In this document: one piece after another, positions 7,151-15,762 of the stretch | Position numbering within the stretch: the stretch's first letter is position 1 | How the letters are laid out: each line of letters starts with the position of its first letter | Assembly: GCA_036170655.1 (NCBI GenBank) | Contig: JAVHPP010000179.1 | Coordinates: 1 to 25,286, forward strand | Reading direction: 5' to 3' | DNA from: Candidatus Zixiibacteriota bacterium | GTDB lineage: Bacteria; Zixibacteria; MSB-5A5; WJJR01 | DNA length: 25,286 bases | Made by a program: the position numbers and the translations under genes | Notes under the pieces: generated by a model | The model's database searches: none | Told to the model about the DNA's origin: nothing | Seen by the model: the letters and a program-made list of their open reading frames with translations, nothing else

Positions 7151-9445
7151 TCAGGCCGCGACGGGTTCAACAACCACATCCACTGCCGCAACAAAGCCGC
7201 AGACCGGGCATTGATGATGCTCCCCGCGCGCCTTGGTTTTCTTCAAGAGCAGGAACGGCGCATGGCACTGCGGACAGGGATGGGGCACGGGGCGATTCCA
7301 CACGGCATACTTGCATTCGGGATAGCGTGAACAAGAGTAGAACGTTCGTCCGGTTTTCGTACGCCTTGGAACAAGATCACCACCGCACCCTTCCTCGGGA
7401 CACGACACGCCGGTTGGAATGGCCTTTGTGTTCTTGCACTTCGGGTAGGCCGAGCAGGCCATGAACCGGCCGAATCGCCCGGTGCGAATGATCATGGGAG
7501 AGCCGCATTTGTCGCAAACTTCGTTGGTTGTCTCTGTCTCCGTGTTTCCGTTCCCGTCCAAATTCGCCGTGTAGCGGCAGTTCGGATAACCGGAACAGGC
7601 CACGAACTTGCCCGAGCGCGACCACTTGATGAGGAGCGGCTCCCCGCAATCCGGACACTTTTCTTTCATCTCCTGCCGGTGAGAGTTCTTGATTTCCGCC
7701 GTGCGGCCCGTGGCTTCCTGCAGCGATTTCGAGAAGGACTCGTAGAACACCTTCATGACCTGTGTCCAGGTGTCGGTGCCTTCCTCGATCCGATCAAGCT
7801 CGTTCTCCATCTCAGCGGTGAATTCCACATTGAAGAGCTCGGGGAACGCCTCGACCAGAATGGTGTTAACTGTCTCCCCGAGTTCGGTCGGGGCCAGGCG
7901 TCTCTCTTCAAGCAGCACGTAGTTGCGCGCCAGGATCGTGGCGATGATTTGAGCGTACGTTGATGGGCGGCCAATGCCGTTGGCTTCGAGCTCCTTGACC
8001 AGCGTTGCTTCAGAGAAACGCGCCGGCGGCTTGGTCCAGTGCTGCTCCGGCTTGACATCGTCCAACGTGAGCGGGTCACCGTCTTCCAGGGGCGGAAGCG
8101 TCTTGGGCTTCTCCTGCTCGCCATTGTCATCCGGCAAATCTTCATACAACTTCAGAAATCCGGGGAAGGTGACCTTCTCCGCGCCCGTCTTCAGTGTGTA
8201 TTGTTTGACGCCACCGGATGTCTTGGTGGCTTTCACGACATCGGCCGTGATATCGATTGAGGTCCGTTCGATCTGAGCCGGGCTCATCTGAGATGCGAGG
8301 AAACGCTCCCAGATCAAAGTGTAAAGCTTGAACTGTTCTCCGGTCAGGTGGCGCTTGATGACCGCCGGAGGCAATTCGAAATAGGTGGGCCGGATGGCCT
8401 CGTGTGCATCCTGGGCACGCCCTTTTGACTTGTAAACTGGCGGCTGATCCGGGCGGTATTCGTTCCCGTACTCTTTCTCGATGAGCACACGTGCCGCATC
8501 GACCGCCTCTTTGGCGACACGGGTCGAGTCGGTACGCATGTAGGTGATCAACCCGACCGAACCACGATCACCCAAGTCCACTCCTTCATACAGACGTTGC
8601 GCCACCATCATGGTCTTCTTGGGCGAGAAGTACAGGCGGCGGGCCGCATCCTGCTGCAGCGTCGATGTCGTATGCGGTGGTTGCGGGTTGCGCTTTTTCG
8701 TTAGAATCTTGACAGCGGCTACCGCCAGGGTTGAGGACCGCAGATCAGTCTCAACCCGCTGAGCTGCCGTTTGATTCTGGATTTCGAACTTGTCTCCATC
8801 CGCCTCGGCAACGACAGCGGTAAAGGTCGCTTTCTTCCGGTCACGGGTCTTAAAGAGCGTGACTTCAATCGACCAAAACTCCTGGGGCCGAAAGGCGCGT
8901 ATCGCCGCTTCGCGCTCGCAGATTAGCCGCAACGCGACCGACTGCACCCGTCCCGCGGACAGCCCACGGCAGACTGTCTTCCAGAGAAACGGGCTGACTT
9001 GATAGCCAACCAGACGATCGAGCACGCGACGCGCCTGCTGTGCATCGACCTTGCCCATGTCGAGCTTGCCCGCATTCTTCAGCGCCTCGAGCACCGCCGA
9101 CTTCGTAATTTCATTGAACGACGCGCGCATGACCTTCGCTTTGGTCCCTTTGAGAGCCATCGATACATGCCACGCGATTGCTTCCCCTTCACGGTCGGGA
9201 TCCGGCGCCAGGTAGATTACCTCGGCGGTCTTGGCTCCTTTCTTCAACGCCTTAACAACTGCTTCTTTGCCTTCAATGGGAACGTACTCTGGCTTAAAGT
9301 TGTCATCGAGATCCACCCCCAGAGATTTCGTGGGGAGATCATAGATGTGGCCTTTGGTCGCCAAGATGGAATACCCGGCGCCGAGGAACTTTTGCAGAGT
9401 CTTGGTCTTTGTTGGTGACTCGACGATGACTAATTTTGAGGGCAT
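7151..9445 (-). CDS. topA: DNA topoisomerase I (type IA) with four C-terminal C4 zinc ribbons
   Basis: TOPRIM LVIVESP and DPDREGE, SAGRVQS, catalytic GLITYMRTDS, AHEAIRPT, GIGRPSTY, four Cys4 clusters. Start ATG 9445 (MPSKLVIVES). Confidence 0.98.
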   Translation of the reverse strand: MPSKLVIVESPTKTKTLQKFLGAGYSILATKGHIYDLPTKSLGVDLDDNFKPEYVPIEGKEAVVKALKKGAKTAEVIYLAPDPDREGEAIAWHVSMALKGTKAKVMRASFNEITKSAVLEALKNAGKLDMGKVDAQQARRVLDRLVGYQVSPFLWKTVCRGLSAGRVQSVALRLICEREAAIRAFRPQEFWSIEVTLFKTRDRKKATFTAVVAEADGDKFEIQNQTAAQRVETDLRSSTLAVAAVKILTKKRNPQPPHTTSTLQQDAARRLYFSPKKTMMVAQRLYEGVDLGDRGSVGLITYMRTDSTRVAKEAVDAARVLIEKEYGNEYRPDQPPVYKSKGRAQDAHEAIRPTYFELPPAVIKRHLTGEQFKLYTLIWERFLASQMSPAQIERTSIDITADVVKATKTSGGVKQYTLKTGAEKVTFPGFLKLYEDLPDDNGEQEKPKTLPPLEDGDPLTLDDVKPEQHWTKPPARFSEATLVKELEANGIGRPSTYAQIIATILARNYVLLEERRLAPTELGETVNTILVEAFPELFNVEFTAEMENELDRIEEGTDTWTQVMKVFYESFSKSLQEATGRTAEIKNSHRQEMKEKCPDCGEPLLIKWSRSGKFVACSGYPNCRYTANLDGNGNTETETTNEVCDKCGSPMIIRTGRFGRFMACSAYPKCKNTKAIPTGVSCPEEGCGGDLVPRRTKTGRTFYSCSRYPECKYAVWNRPVPHPCPQCHAPFLLLKKTKARGEHHQCPVCGFVAAVDVVVEPVAA

Positions 9446-9611
9446 CTCACCATTCCGCGTTTGCCTTTGGCAGCTTCCAGTCATAAGTGCAACAAGATAT
9501 CCACTCTCGAAGTTCCGAGCCGGGCCAACATGACGTTCAAGATTGATACATCATCGGGCCGCTATTCTGTATCGGGTACCGTCTCATAAGCATTAGCGCC
9601 CTGAACGGCGG

Positions 9612-9648
9612 AGAAGAAACCGCAGGATCGGAGTGCTGCGATCCGGCG
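9612..9648 (-). terminator. Possible intrinsic terminator after rpoZ
   Basis: Minus strand CGC-C-GGATCG-(8 nt)-CGATCC-T-GCG then GTTTCTTCT, immediately after the stop at 9650. Confidence 0.5.
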
Positions 9649-9649
9649 C

Positions 9650-10006
9650 TCAGGCGGCATCTTCTGGACGATGAACCTGAATCTTGCCGTCGAGCAGCTC
9701 GCCCAGCGCATTCGATGTCATCTTGAGACGCTTCAGGGCCAGTACTTCCTCTTCGAGACCCCGCTCTTCTAAGGCCAGCTTCTTGGCGTTCAACTGGCGG
9801 GCTCTGGCCGAGGCAATCAGGACTGCTTCATAGCGGTTCTTGGCATTCTGGCGAATACCTTCGATCGAACGCAACGGCTGTCGGCGCATCCGGCGCGGCA
9901 CACGCGGGCGCTCGGTCTCCCTCGGCGCCATCGGGGTAAATGTCTTCGCTAAAGTTTCCGCGGGTTCGTGTGACAACAGATCCTTGGTCAATTCGGCACT
10001 CACCAT
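9650..10006 (-). CDS. rpoZ: RNA polymerase omega subunit with N-terminal extension
   Basis: NRYEAVLIASARARQL and ALGELLDGKI omega motifs; follows gmk; SD GAGG. Confidence 0.9.
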   Translation of the reverse strand: MVSAELTKDLLSHEPAETLAKTFTPMAPRETERPRVPRRMRRQPLRSIEGIRQNAKNRYEAVLIASARARQLNAKKLALEERGLEEEVLALKRLKMTSNALGELLDGKIQVHRPEDAA

Positions 10007-10114
10007 GTCGGCACCTCATTCTTGATCGTTATATTGGACAATTCCACTCTCTTGTTCGTTCCCAAACCATCGTGCGGTCGCTAATATGAAGGCCGCCGCC
10101 GGTCGACGGGTCGA

Positions 10115-10708
10115 TTATGCACGGCGGGTTGCCCGCAGCGACTCTGCCCGAATGATCGCTTCGCACTCGCTGACACAGGTCTGCCGATTCCTGTTTACCA
10201 CCCAGTAGTCGTATTCGTTCCGTCGTTTCATCTCCTCACGGGCTGTCCGCAGCCGCCGTCGTCTCTGCGAGGGCGATTCCGAGTGACGTCCTTCGAGACG
10301 CTTCCTCAGCACCTCCCATGAGGGCGGGAGGAGAAAGATCGTGACGACATCGGCGATTTCGCGCCGCACCGTTGCCGCCCCCTGCACATCCAAGTCGAAC
10401 AGCATGACACGCCGGAGCCGCCGCGCACGCGCCACGTTGACCCGTGGCGTCCCATAATAATGATCGTGAACCCGTGCCCATTCCACCAGTTGCTTCGACC
10501 TGATCAATCTCTCAAACTCCGGATTGGCGACGAACGTGTAGTGTATCCGGTTCCGCTCGCCCCGGCGCGGGTCCCGCGTGGTTGTCGAAACCGAGTAGAG
10601 GAATTCAGGGTGACGCTGCCGGAGCATCTTAATAATGGTCGATTTTCCTCCCCCCGAGGGCGAAGAAATGACAATCAGCAACGTCTTCCCGATCCATCGT
10701 CCCTTCAT
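10115..10708 (-). CDS. gmk: Guanylate kinase (very Arg-rich)
   Basis: P-loop SPSGGGKST, SVSTTTRxPRxGE, EWAxVHxxYYGT, DLDVQGA, FLLPPS. Start ATG 10708 or GTG 10723. Confidence 0.96.
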   Translation of the reverse strand: MKGRWIGKTLLIVISSPSGGGKSTIIKMLRQRHPEFLYSVSTTTRDPRRGERNRIHYTFVANPEFERLIRSKQLVEWARVHDHYYGTPRVNVARARRLRRVMLFDLDVQGAATVRREIADVVTIFLLPPSWEVLRKRLEGRHSESPSQRRRRLRTAREEMKRRNEYDYWVVNRNRQTCVSECEAIIRAESLRATRRA

Positions 10709-10726
10709 GCCGGCATGCCCCACCGG

Positions 10727-11602
10727 CTACTCGATGTTCTGGACCTGTTCACGGATCTTCTCCAGTTCTTCCTTCAAATCGACAACCAGCGCGGAGATCT
10801 CCGAGCTGGCCGATTTGGAGCCGATTGTATTGACCTCCCGGTTGAGTTCCTGGAGAAGGAAGTTCAAGCGGCGTCCGGACGGCTCTTCACCTTCGATGGC
10901 TTCCGTGAAATGACGGCAGTGGATGTCGAGACGGAGGCACTCCTCGGTGATATCGGTCCGTTCAGCCATATAGGCAATCTCCTGTGCGAGGCGCTGGGGG
11001 TCGTGGCCGACCGCCCCCAGGATTTCTTCGATGCGCTGTGTCAGCTTAAGACGATAGTTCTCCACCTGGCTGGAGGATAGCGCCAGGATTTTCTCTCCCG
11101 TGAGACGGAGGAACTGGATACGATCGGTGAAATAGGAGGACAACTTGCGGCCCTCGTCACGGCGCAGTTGCACAAGCTGGTCCAAGGCGCGCGTCAAGGC
11201 CTCCCGGACGACTTCTTCGACATGACTGCCTTCGGCTGAATCCTGCCGGGTTCCCCAGATCTCGGGGAGCGACATCAAGTCGGCCATCGAGAGGGCACTG
11301 GGCATTTGGTGCTTGGCGGCCAGCCGTTGCATGGTTTCTATATACCAGTCGGCCAAAGGCTCATTGAGAGCAACGGGCGATTCGAAGGTGGTTCGTTCCC
11401 ATGTCAATTGCGCCATGACCTTGCCGCGGCTGATCCGCGCAGAAACTACACCGCGCAGCCCGGATTCGAAGGACATCATCCAGCGCGGCAGTCGCAGGCT
11501 GACCTCGAGGAACCGGCTGTTAAGGGACGACACCTCGAAGATGGCCCGATATCCATCGCGGTCCACTTCACCACGGCCGAAACCTGTCATGCTGGCGATC
11601 AT
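10727..11602 (-). CDS. yicC: YicC/YloC-family endoribonuclease
   Basis: SMTGFG N-terminus, SLNSRFLE, RGKV, DITEECLRL, GRRLNFLLQELNREVNTIGSK, EKIREQVQNIE. Confidence 0.96.
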   Translation of the reverse strand: MIASMTGFGRGEVDRDGYRAIFEVSSLNSRFLEVSLRLPRWMMSFESGLRGVVSARISRGKVMAQLTWERTTFESPVALNEPLADWYIETMQRLAAKHQMPSALSMADLMSLPEIWGTRQDSAEGSHVEEVVREALTRALDQLVQLRRDEGRKLSSYFTDRIQFLRLTGEKILALSSSQVENYRLKLTQRIEEILGAVGHDPQRLAQEIAYMAERTDITEECLRLDIHCRHFTEAIEGEEPSGRRLNFLLQELNREVNTIGSKSASSEISALVVDLKEELEKIREQVQNIE

Positions 11603-11635
11603 CTGGACATTTCTCCCAATGCTTCCAAAACCTAC

Positions 11636-11665
11636 ACTTTACGGCTTTGATAGCCCAAAAGTCAA
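11636..11665 (-). promoter_or_regulatory. Candidate sigma70 promoter for yicC-gmk-rpoZ
   Basis: TTGACT (11665-11660)-N18-TAAAGT (11641-11636) in an AT-richer divergent spacer. Confidence 0.45.
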
Positions 11666-11778
11666 CCACTCTATGTTGTTGAACTCCATTTTGTTTCGCT
11701 GCCGTCGGCGTGTCGTTGCGCGTGGTCCGGCGAGCAGAGAGCGTTGCGCATATCATTTGTTTTAGTGAGATTCCCCCC

Positions 11779-13491
11779 ATGCGAACCGTAGGTTGGCATC
11801 TTGTCCGACTTGTCCATGAAGCGACAAATGATCTCGCCGGGGGAACGGTGGAAGCGATCCGCTTCCATCCCGCCTTGGGCCGACTCCTTCTGACCCTCGG
11901 CTCACGGCGCGGGAAACGACTGGTCGTCATTGGGGTTCGCGCTACAGGGCAAGCGTTCTTCTGGGTCTCCGACAAAGACTCGCTTCCGGGATATACCGAT
12001 TTTGAGAAGACCGAGCGATTCAACCGGCTCAGGGGCTGTCATTTGCACCAAGCCACCATGCCACAATCTGACCGGTTGATCCGATTGTCATTTCGACGCG
12101 GCGCCGACGAAGACCCGGAGCGGAAAACCTTCGACATGTGGTTGAGCTGGAGCGGCGGAAGCGGAAACGTCTGGCTGCTGCAACAAGGCGATGACATCAT
12201 TCTTGAGACACTTTGGCCATTACGGACGGCAGACCCCGGGCAACGCTTTACTCCCCCAACTCGGCCAGCGTTGTTGTCGTGGCAAGCGCTGACTTTCCCA
12301 GAGTACCTGCGTGCGCGGGAAGCGGAAGGTTCACTACCCCTGCGTGACTTCGTCTGCAAGAAGCTCTGGGGCATCGACGAAGCCCTCGCAGACGTCATCG
12401 AGGAGGAAGCTGGCGCCCCGTCGGCCCGGTCAAACCCTCCGTGGAGCGAATTTGAAGCGATCATGCGGGTGACCCGGGCAGCAACCGACCCAGTGACATC
12501 GGTTGCTCTGCGCACGATAGCTGACGGGACAGATGGCATTGTCCCTGTGCTCGCAGCTGGACCCACAGCGGAATTCACATCCTTGGCGGCTGCCTTGGCA
12601 GCATTGGACGGGCGGGCCGATGTTGCGCACGATCGCGACACCAAGCTGGCGCAATTACGGGCACAGACTACCCGAACGATCAACCAGTTGCGGCATCGTC
12701 TGGCTGAAACCGACCGCGCCATCGTCGATGGACCACAGGCCGAAACGATCAAGAGACAAGCAGACCTGCTGGGATCACAACGACATCTGATTCGTCGGGG
12801 TATGCCTGAAGTTTCAGTCAAGGACTGGGAGAGCGACACCAACATTACTCTATCTTTGGATCCCGCGCGTTCTCCGCAAGAGAACATCGATGCTCTGTAC
12901 CGGCGAGCGCGGAAGACGGCTCGCGCTGCAGCCAATGCCGACAGGAGCAAGCCCGCTTTGCAGCAACAGTTAGATGAATGCGAGGAACGGCTCAGCCACC
13001 TGAACGACCCGAGTCTCACCGAGGAAGGGTTGAACGCTATCCAAGCCGCTGTCGGACAGCCCCCCGGCGATCTTGCGAAGCGCCGTGCCGTCCAGCCACG
13101 GCGCCTGCCCTATCGTGAGTTTACCATCGGCAACGAGACGATCCTGGTGGGGAAATCGAGTCGCGACAACGATGAACTGACATTGCGGATTGCGAGCCCG
13201 GACGATCTGTTCTTCCACGCCAGTCAGTCGGGCGGGGCACACGTCATCCTCAGACGCGGTGCGAAAGGAAGAATTGTCGGACAGGAAACGATCGTCGCCG
13301 CTGCCCAGATTGCCGCATTCTTCTCGAAAGCCCGGCACTCGACACTGGTGCCGGTTGTCTACACTGAGACACGCCATGTACGCAAGCCGCGCAAGGCGCC
13401 GGCCGGGCTCGTGCAACTCACGCATGAAAAGTCCATCATGGTCCGCCCGATTCAACCAGCCGGATTTCAGGCCAGCAATGAGAAGAATTGA
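11779..13491 (+). CDS. rqcH: Ribosome quality-control factor RqcH (NFACT/FbpA family)
   Basis: NFACT-N DR motif (SDRLI), HhH-like LWGID, coiled coils with ITLSLDPxxSPQENxxxxYRRARK, NFACT-R VGKSSRDNDELT...DLFFHA...GAHVIL...AAFFSKAR...VRKPRKAPAGLV. Start ATG 11779 preferred to GTG 11710. Confidence 0.92.
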   Translation: MRTVGWHLVRLVHEATNDLAGGTVEAIRFHPALGRLLLTLGSRRGKRLVVIGVRATGQAFFWVSDKDSLPGYTDFEKTERFNRLRGCHLHQATMPQSDRLIRLSFRRGADEDPERKTFDMWLSWSGGSGNVWLLQQGDDIILETLWPLRTADPGQRFTPPTRPALLSWQALTFPEYLRAREAEGSLPLRDFVCKKLWGIDEALADVIEEEAGAPSARSNPPWSEFEAIMRVTRAATDPVTSVALRTIADGTDGIVPVLAAGPTAEFTSLAAALAALDGRADVAHDRDTKLAQLRAQTTRTINQLRHRLAETDRAIVDGPQAETIKRQADLLGSQRHLIRRGMPEVSVKDWESDTNITLSLDPARSPQENIDALYRRARKTARAAANADRSKPALQQQLDECEERLSHLNDPSLTEEGLNAIQAAVGQPPGDLAKRRAVQPRRLPYREFTIGNETILVGKSSRDNDELTLRIASPDDLFFHASQSGGAHVILRRGAKGRIVGQETIVAAAQIAAFFSKARHSTLVPVVYTETRHVRKPRKAPAGLVQLTHEKSIMVRPIQPAGFQASNEKN

Positions 13492-13556
13492 GCTTGAGCG
13501 CTCTTCTGCCGGTCGTTATATTGACCGACAAGAGGATAGACAGGGTATCACTTCTC

Positions 13557-13964
13557 ATGCGACTGAAAATCATCATCCTCGTGCTGCTGATGGCCGTTTT
13601 CGGCGGTCTCGTATACAAGTTCATCACAAGACCGGCTGATGAAGCGAGCAGCGGCACCGCATCGCCCGCCGCCACAACGGACGCCAAGAAAATCAGCGAT
13701 GATCAGCTGGTCAGCGCTTACGTTGCACTGGCGACCTTGGCGGAGTCAACGCCGATCGGCACGCCCGAATACGAACGGGAAAAGACAAGAGTGCTGGGCG
13801 CGATTGGTATTGAACCCGGGCAACTGGAGAAAACTCTGGCCGAGTACAACGAACATCCCGAACAATGGCGCCCGATCTGGGATCGCATCCAAGAGGAGTT
13901 GGCGAAGCGATCCGGTGAACAGGGTGGGAGCGCGACCCCAAAGGGATCACGAGATTCCTCTTGA
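13557..13964 (+). CDS. Small N-terminally membrane-anchored helical protein (DUF4296-like)
   Basis: TM helix KIIILVLLMAVFGGLVYKFI, A/S/T/P linker, helical domain ending LAEYNEHPEQWRPIWDRIQEEL. DUF4296 likeness is by eye only. Confidence 0.7.
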   Translation: MRLKIIILVLLMAVFGGLVYKFITRPADEASSGTASPAATTDAKKISDDQLVSAYVALATLAESTPIGTPEYEREKTRVLGAIGIEPGQLEKTLAEYNEHPEQWRPIWDRIQEELAKRSGEQGGSATPKGSRDSS

Positions 13965-14139
13965 GTTTCCCCGCAGTACCAGGGCAGTCGGACACTGACA
14001 GAAAGAAGAACGGCCCATCCTGGTCGTTGGGTAATGGCGGGGAATGGATCGTGAATCGCCACTCACCGATCTCCGTCTGTGGTATACTGGATCTTACAAA
14101 CCCGCATGGGATGACCGAACGCCGGGAATTGGCGTCACA

Positions 14140-14625
14140 TTATAGGTCATCAGCGACATCGCAGGTGAAAGCGCCCTTGATGTGGCAAATCTCCCACCGC
14201 TTGGACGACCTCGACGGAGTAATCGCCACAGCATCAAACCGGAATTCGGTCCGCGGATCATTCCACTGCGACAAGTAAGCGAGCGCCGCCTTGATGACGG
14301 CCGCCTGCTTGCGGGGCGTTATCCAATTGAGGGGATCGCCGAATTTCTCTGTCCGTGCCATTTTGACTTCGACAAAGGCGATGCAGCCGCCATCGCGGAC
14401 GATCAGGTCGATCTCGTTTCGGGATGAGGGCGACCGCCAGTTGCGCGCCAGGATCTGGCAACCCTCACGTTCGAGATAGTGTGCGGCGAGATCCTCCCCC
14501 TGTCGGCCGACCGTGCGACTCGGAGGTGAAGCCTCGCCGATTTTCCTCGCCGAGGGCTTTCTTCGGGCCTCCGATGGGCAATGGCGGTCCTTGCTACCTG
14601 CTGCCGCAGAATCAATCTCTGTCAT
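14140..14625 (-). CDS. yraN: YraN-family PD-(D/E)XK nuclease (UPF0102)
   Basis: GEDLAAHYL, ILARNWR, EIDLI, FVEVK, RFDAV; follows rnhB. Start uncertain (about 38 extra N-terminal residues). Confidence 0.93.
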   Translation of the reverse strand: MTEIDSAAAGSKDRHCPSEARRKPSARKIGEASPPSRTVGRQGEDLAAHYLEREGCQILARNWRSPSSRNEIDLIVRDGGCIAFVEVKMARTEKFGDPLNWITPRKQAAVIKAALAYLSQWNDPRTEFRFDAVAITPSRSSKRWEICHIKGAFTCDVADDL

Positions 14626-14655
14626 GGAGCACTTCCGGCGCCGGTCTGTCGGCGC

Positions 14656-15312
14656 TCAAAAAGCAAGACGGTTCTGCTGCCATTCTCTGACCGGCGAAAA
14701 ACTTTGGCGGTGGATGGGGGATGGACCATGTTGCTGCAGTGCGGCCAAGTGTTCTACTGTCGCGTATCCTTTGTGCCGTGCAAAACCGTACTCGGGGAAA
14801 GTCGCATCGTACTCTTCCATGATCCGATCCCGGACTTCCTTGGCGAGGATAGAGGCACAGCCGATTGAGACACAGAGCCGGTCGCCGTCAATGATAGCGC
14901 GCTGCGGGAGTTCGACCTCGGGGACAAGAAACTTGCCGTCGACAAGAACCGCATCCGGGGTAAACGGGAGACCGCCAAGCGCCTGGCGCATCGCCAGGAA
15001 AGTGGCCCCGAGGATGTTGTACCGGTCGATGTCCTCCGGACCGACGACACCGACGGCCCAGGCAACTGACTGGTGGCTGATCCGGGGAAACAGTTCCAGC
15101 CGCTGTTGCGGGGATAGCGCCTTCGAATCGGTGACACCGGTGGGATCGAAATCGGGCGACAGGATGCAGGCAACCGCAACGACCGGCCCCGCCAGAGGAC
15201 CGCGTCCGACTTCGTCGATACCCGCCACGTGCCACTGTCCGGACTCCCAGAAACCCCGCTCGTAACGCCAGCGGTCGGAACCGGCGTTCTGCTTTTTCGC
15301 GACGTGCGTCAC
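14656..15312 (-). CDS. rnhB: Ribonuclease HII
   Basis: GIDEVGRGPLAGPV, DSKAL, LVDG, ASILAKEVRD, HKGYAT, IHRQSF. Confidence 0.97.
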   Translation of the reverse strand: MTHVAKKQNAGSDRWRYERGFWESGQWHVAGIDEVGRGPLAGPVVAVACILSPDFDPTGVTDSKALSPQQRLELFPRISHQSVAWAVGVVGPEDIDRYNILGATFLAMRQALGGLPFTPDAVLVDGKFLVPEVELPQRAIIDGDRLCVSIGCASILAKEVRDRIMEEYDATFPEYGFARHKGYATVEHLAALQQHGPSPIHRQSFSPVREWQQNRLAF

Positions 15313-15366
15313 GTCAGTTCACCATCGGCGATCAGGCGGCAGATAGCCACAGGGTCACCGGGAATG

Positions 15367-15388
15367 CAATCACGCCGGGACGCGATTG
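15367..15388 (-). other. Stem-loop just after rplS (stabilising or weak terminator)
   Basis: Minus strand CAAUCGCG-UCCCGG-CGUGAUUG, 8 bp with one G-U pair; no U-tract. Confidence 0.4.
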
Positions 15389-15390
15389 GC

Positions 15391-15744
15391 CTACTTGGTC
15401 TCTTGCTGGCGTTCTTTCAAACGGGCTGATCTGCCGGTCAAGTCACGCAGATAGAACAGCTTCGCCCGTCGGACCTTCATCATCTTCAGCACTTCGACCT
15501 TCGCCAGATTGGGAGAGTGCAGCGGGAATGTGCGCTCGACACCGATCCCCTGGGAGACTTTGCGGACGCTGAACGTGGCGCCGGAGCCATCGCCGCGCCG
15601 CTGGATGACGGTCCCTTGGAAGATCTGGATTCGCTCCTTGTCGCCTTCCTTGATTTTCACATGGACGCGCACGAGATCGCCGGGGTTGAACTTTACGGCT
15701 TTTTCGGGCGCCGGGCTCAGACCGATGGTGGACAGATTGGACAT
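15391..15744 (-). CDS. rplS: 50S ribosomal protein L19
   Basis: [50 protein letters not shown] before ATG 15744. Confidence 0.98.
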   Translation of the reverse strand: MSNLSTIGLSPAPEKAVKFNPGDLVRVHVKIKEGDKERIQIFQGTVIQRRGDGSGATFSVRKVSQGIGVERTFPLHSPNLAKVEVLKMMKVRRAKLFYLRDLTGRSARLKERQQETK

Positions 15745-15762
15745 GATGTCTCTCCTTATCAT

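Noticed and set aside
11743..11770. dif-like site GTTGCGCATAT-CATTTG-TTTTAGTGAGA near a xerC gene
   Set aside because: The left arm matches the E. coli XerC arm 9/11, but the normally best-conserved XerD arm (TTATGTTAAAT) matches only 5/11. It is more likely rqcH promoter sequence (contains TATCAT).
12039..13019. 326-aa minus-strand ORF
   Set aside because: Antisense to rqcH, with Ser/Arg/Ala-rich shadow composition and no motifs.
13965..14139. ncRNA or terminator in the convergent spacer between the small gene and yraN
   Set aside because: No convincing stem with U-tract or known RNA motif seen; the 105-aa ORF crossing it overlaps yraN antisense and lacks support.
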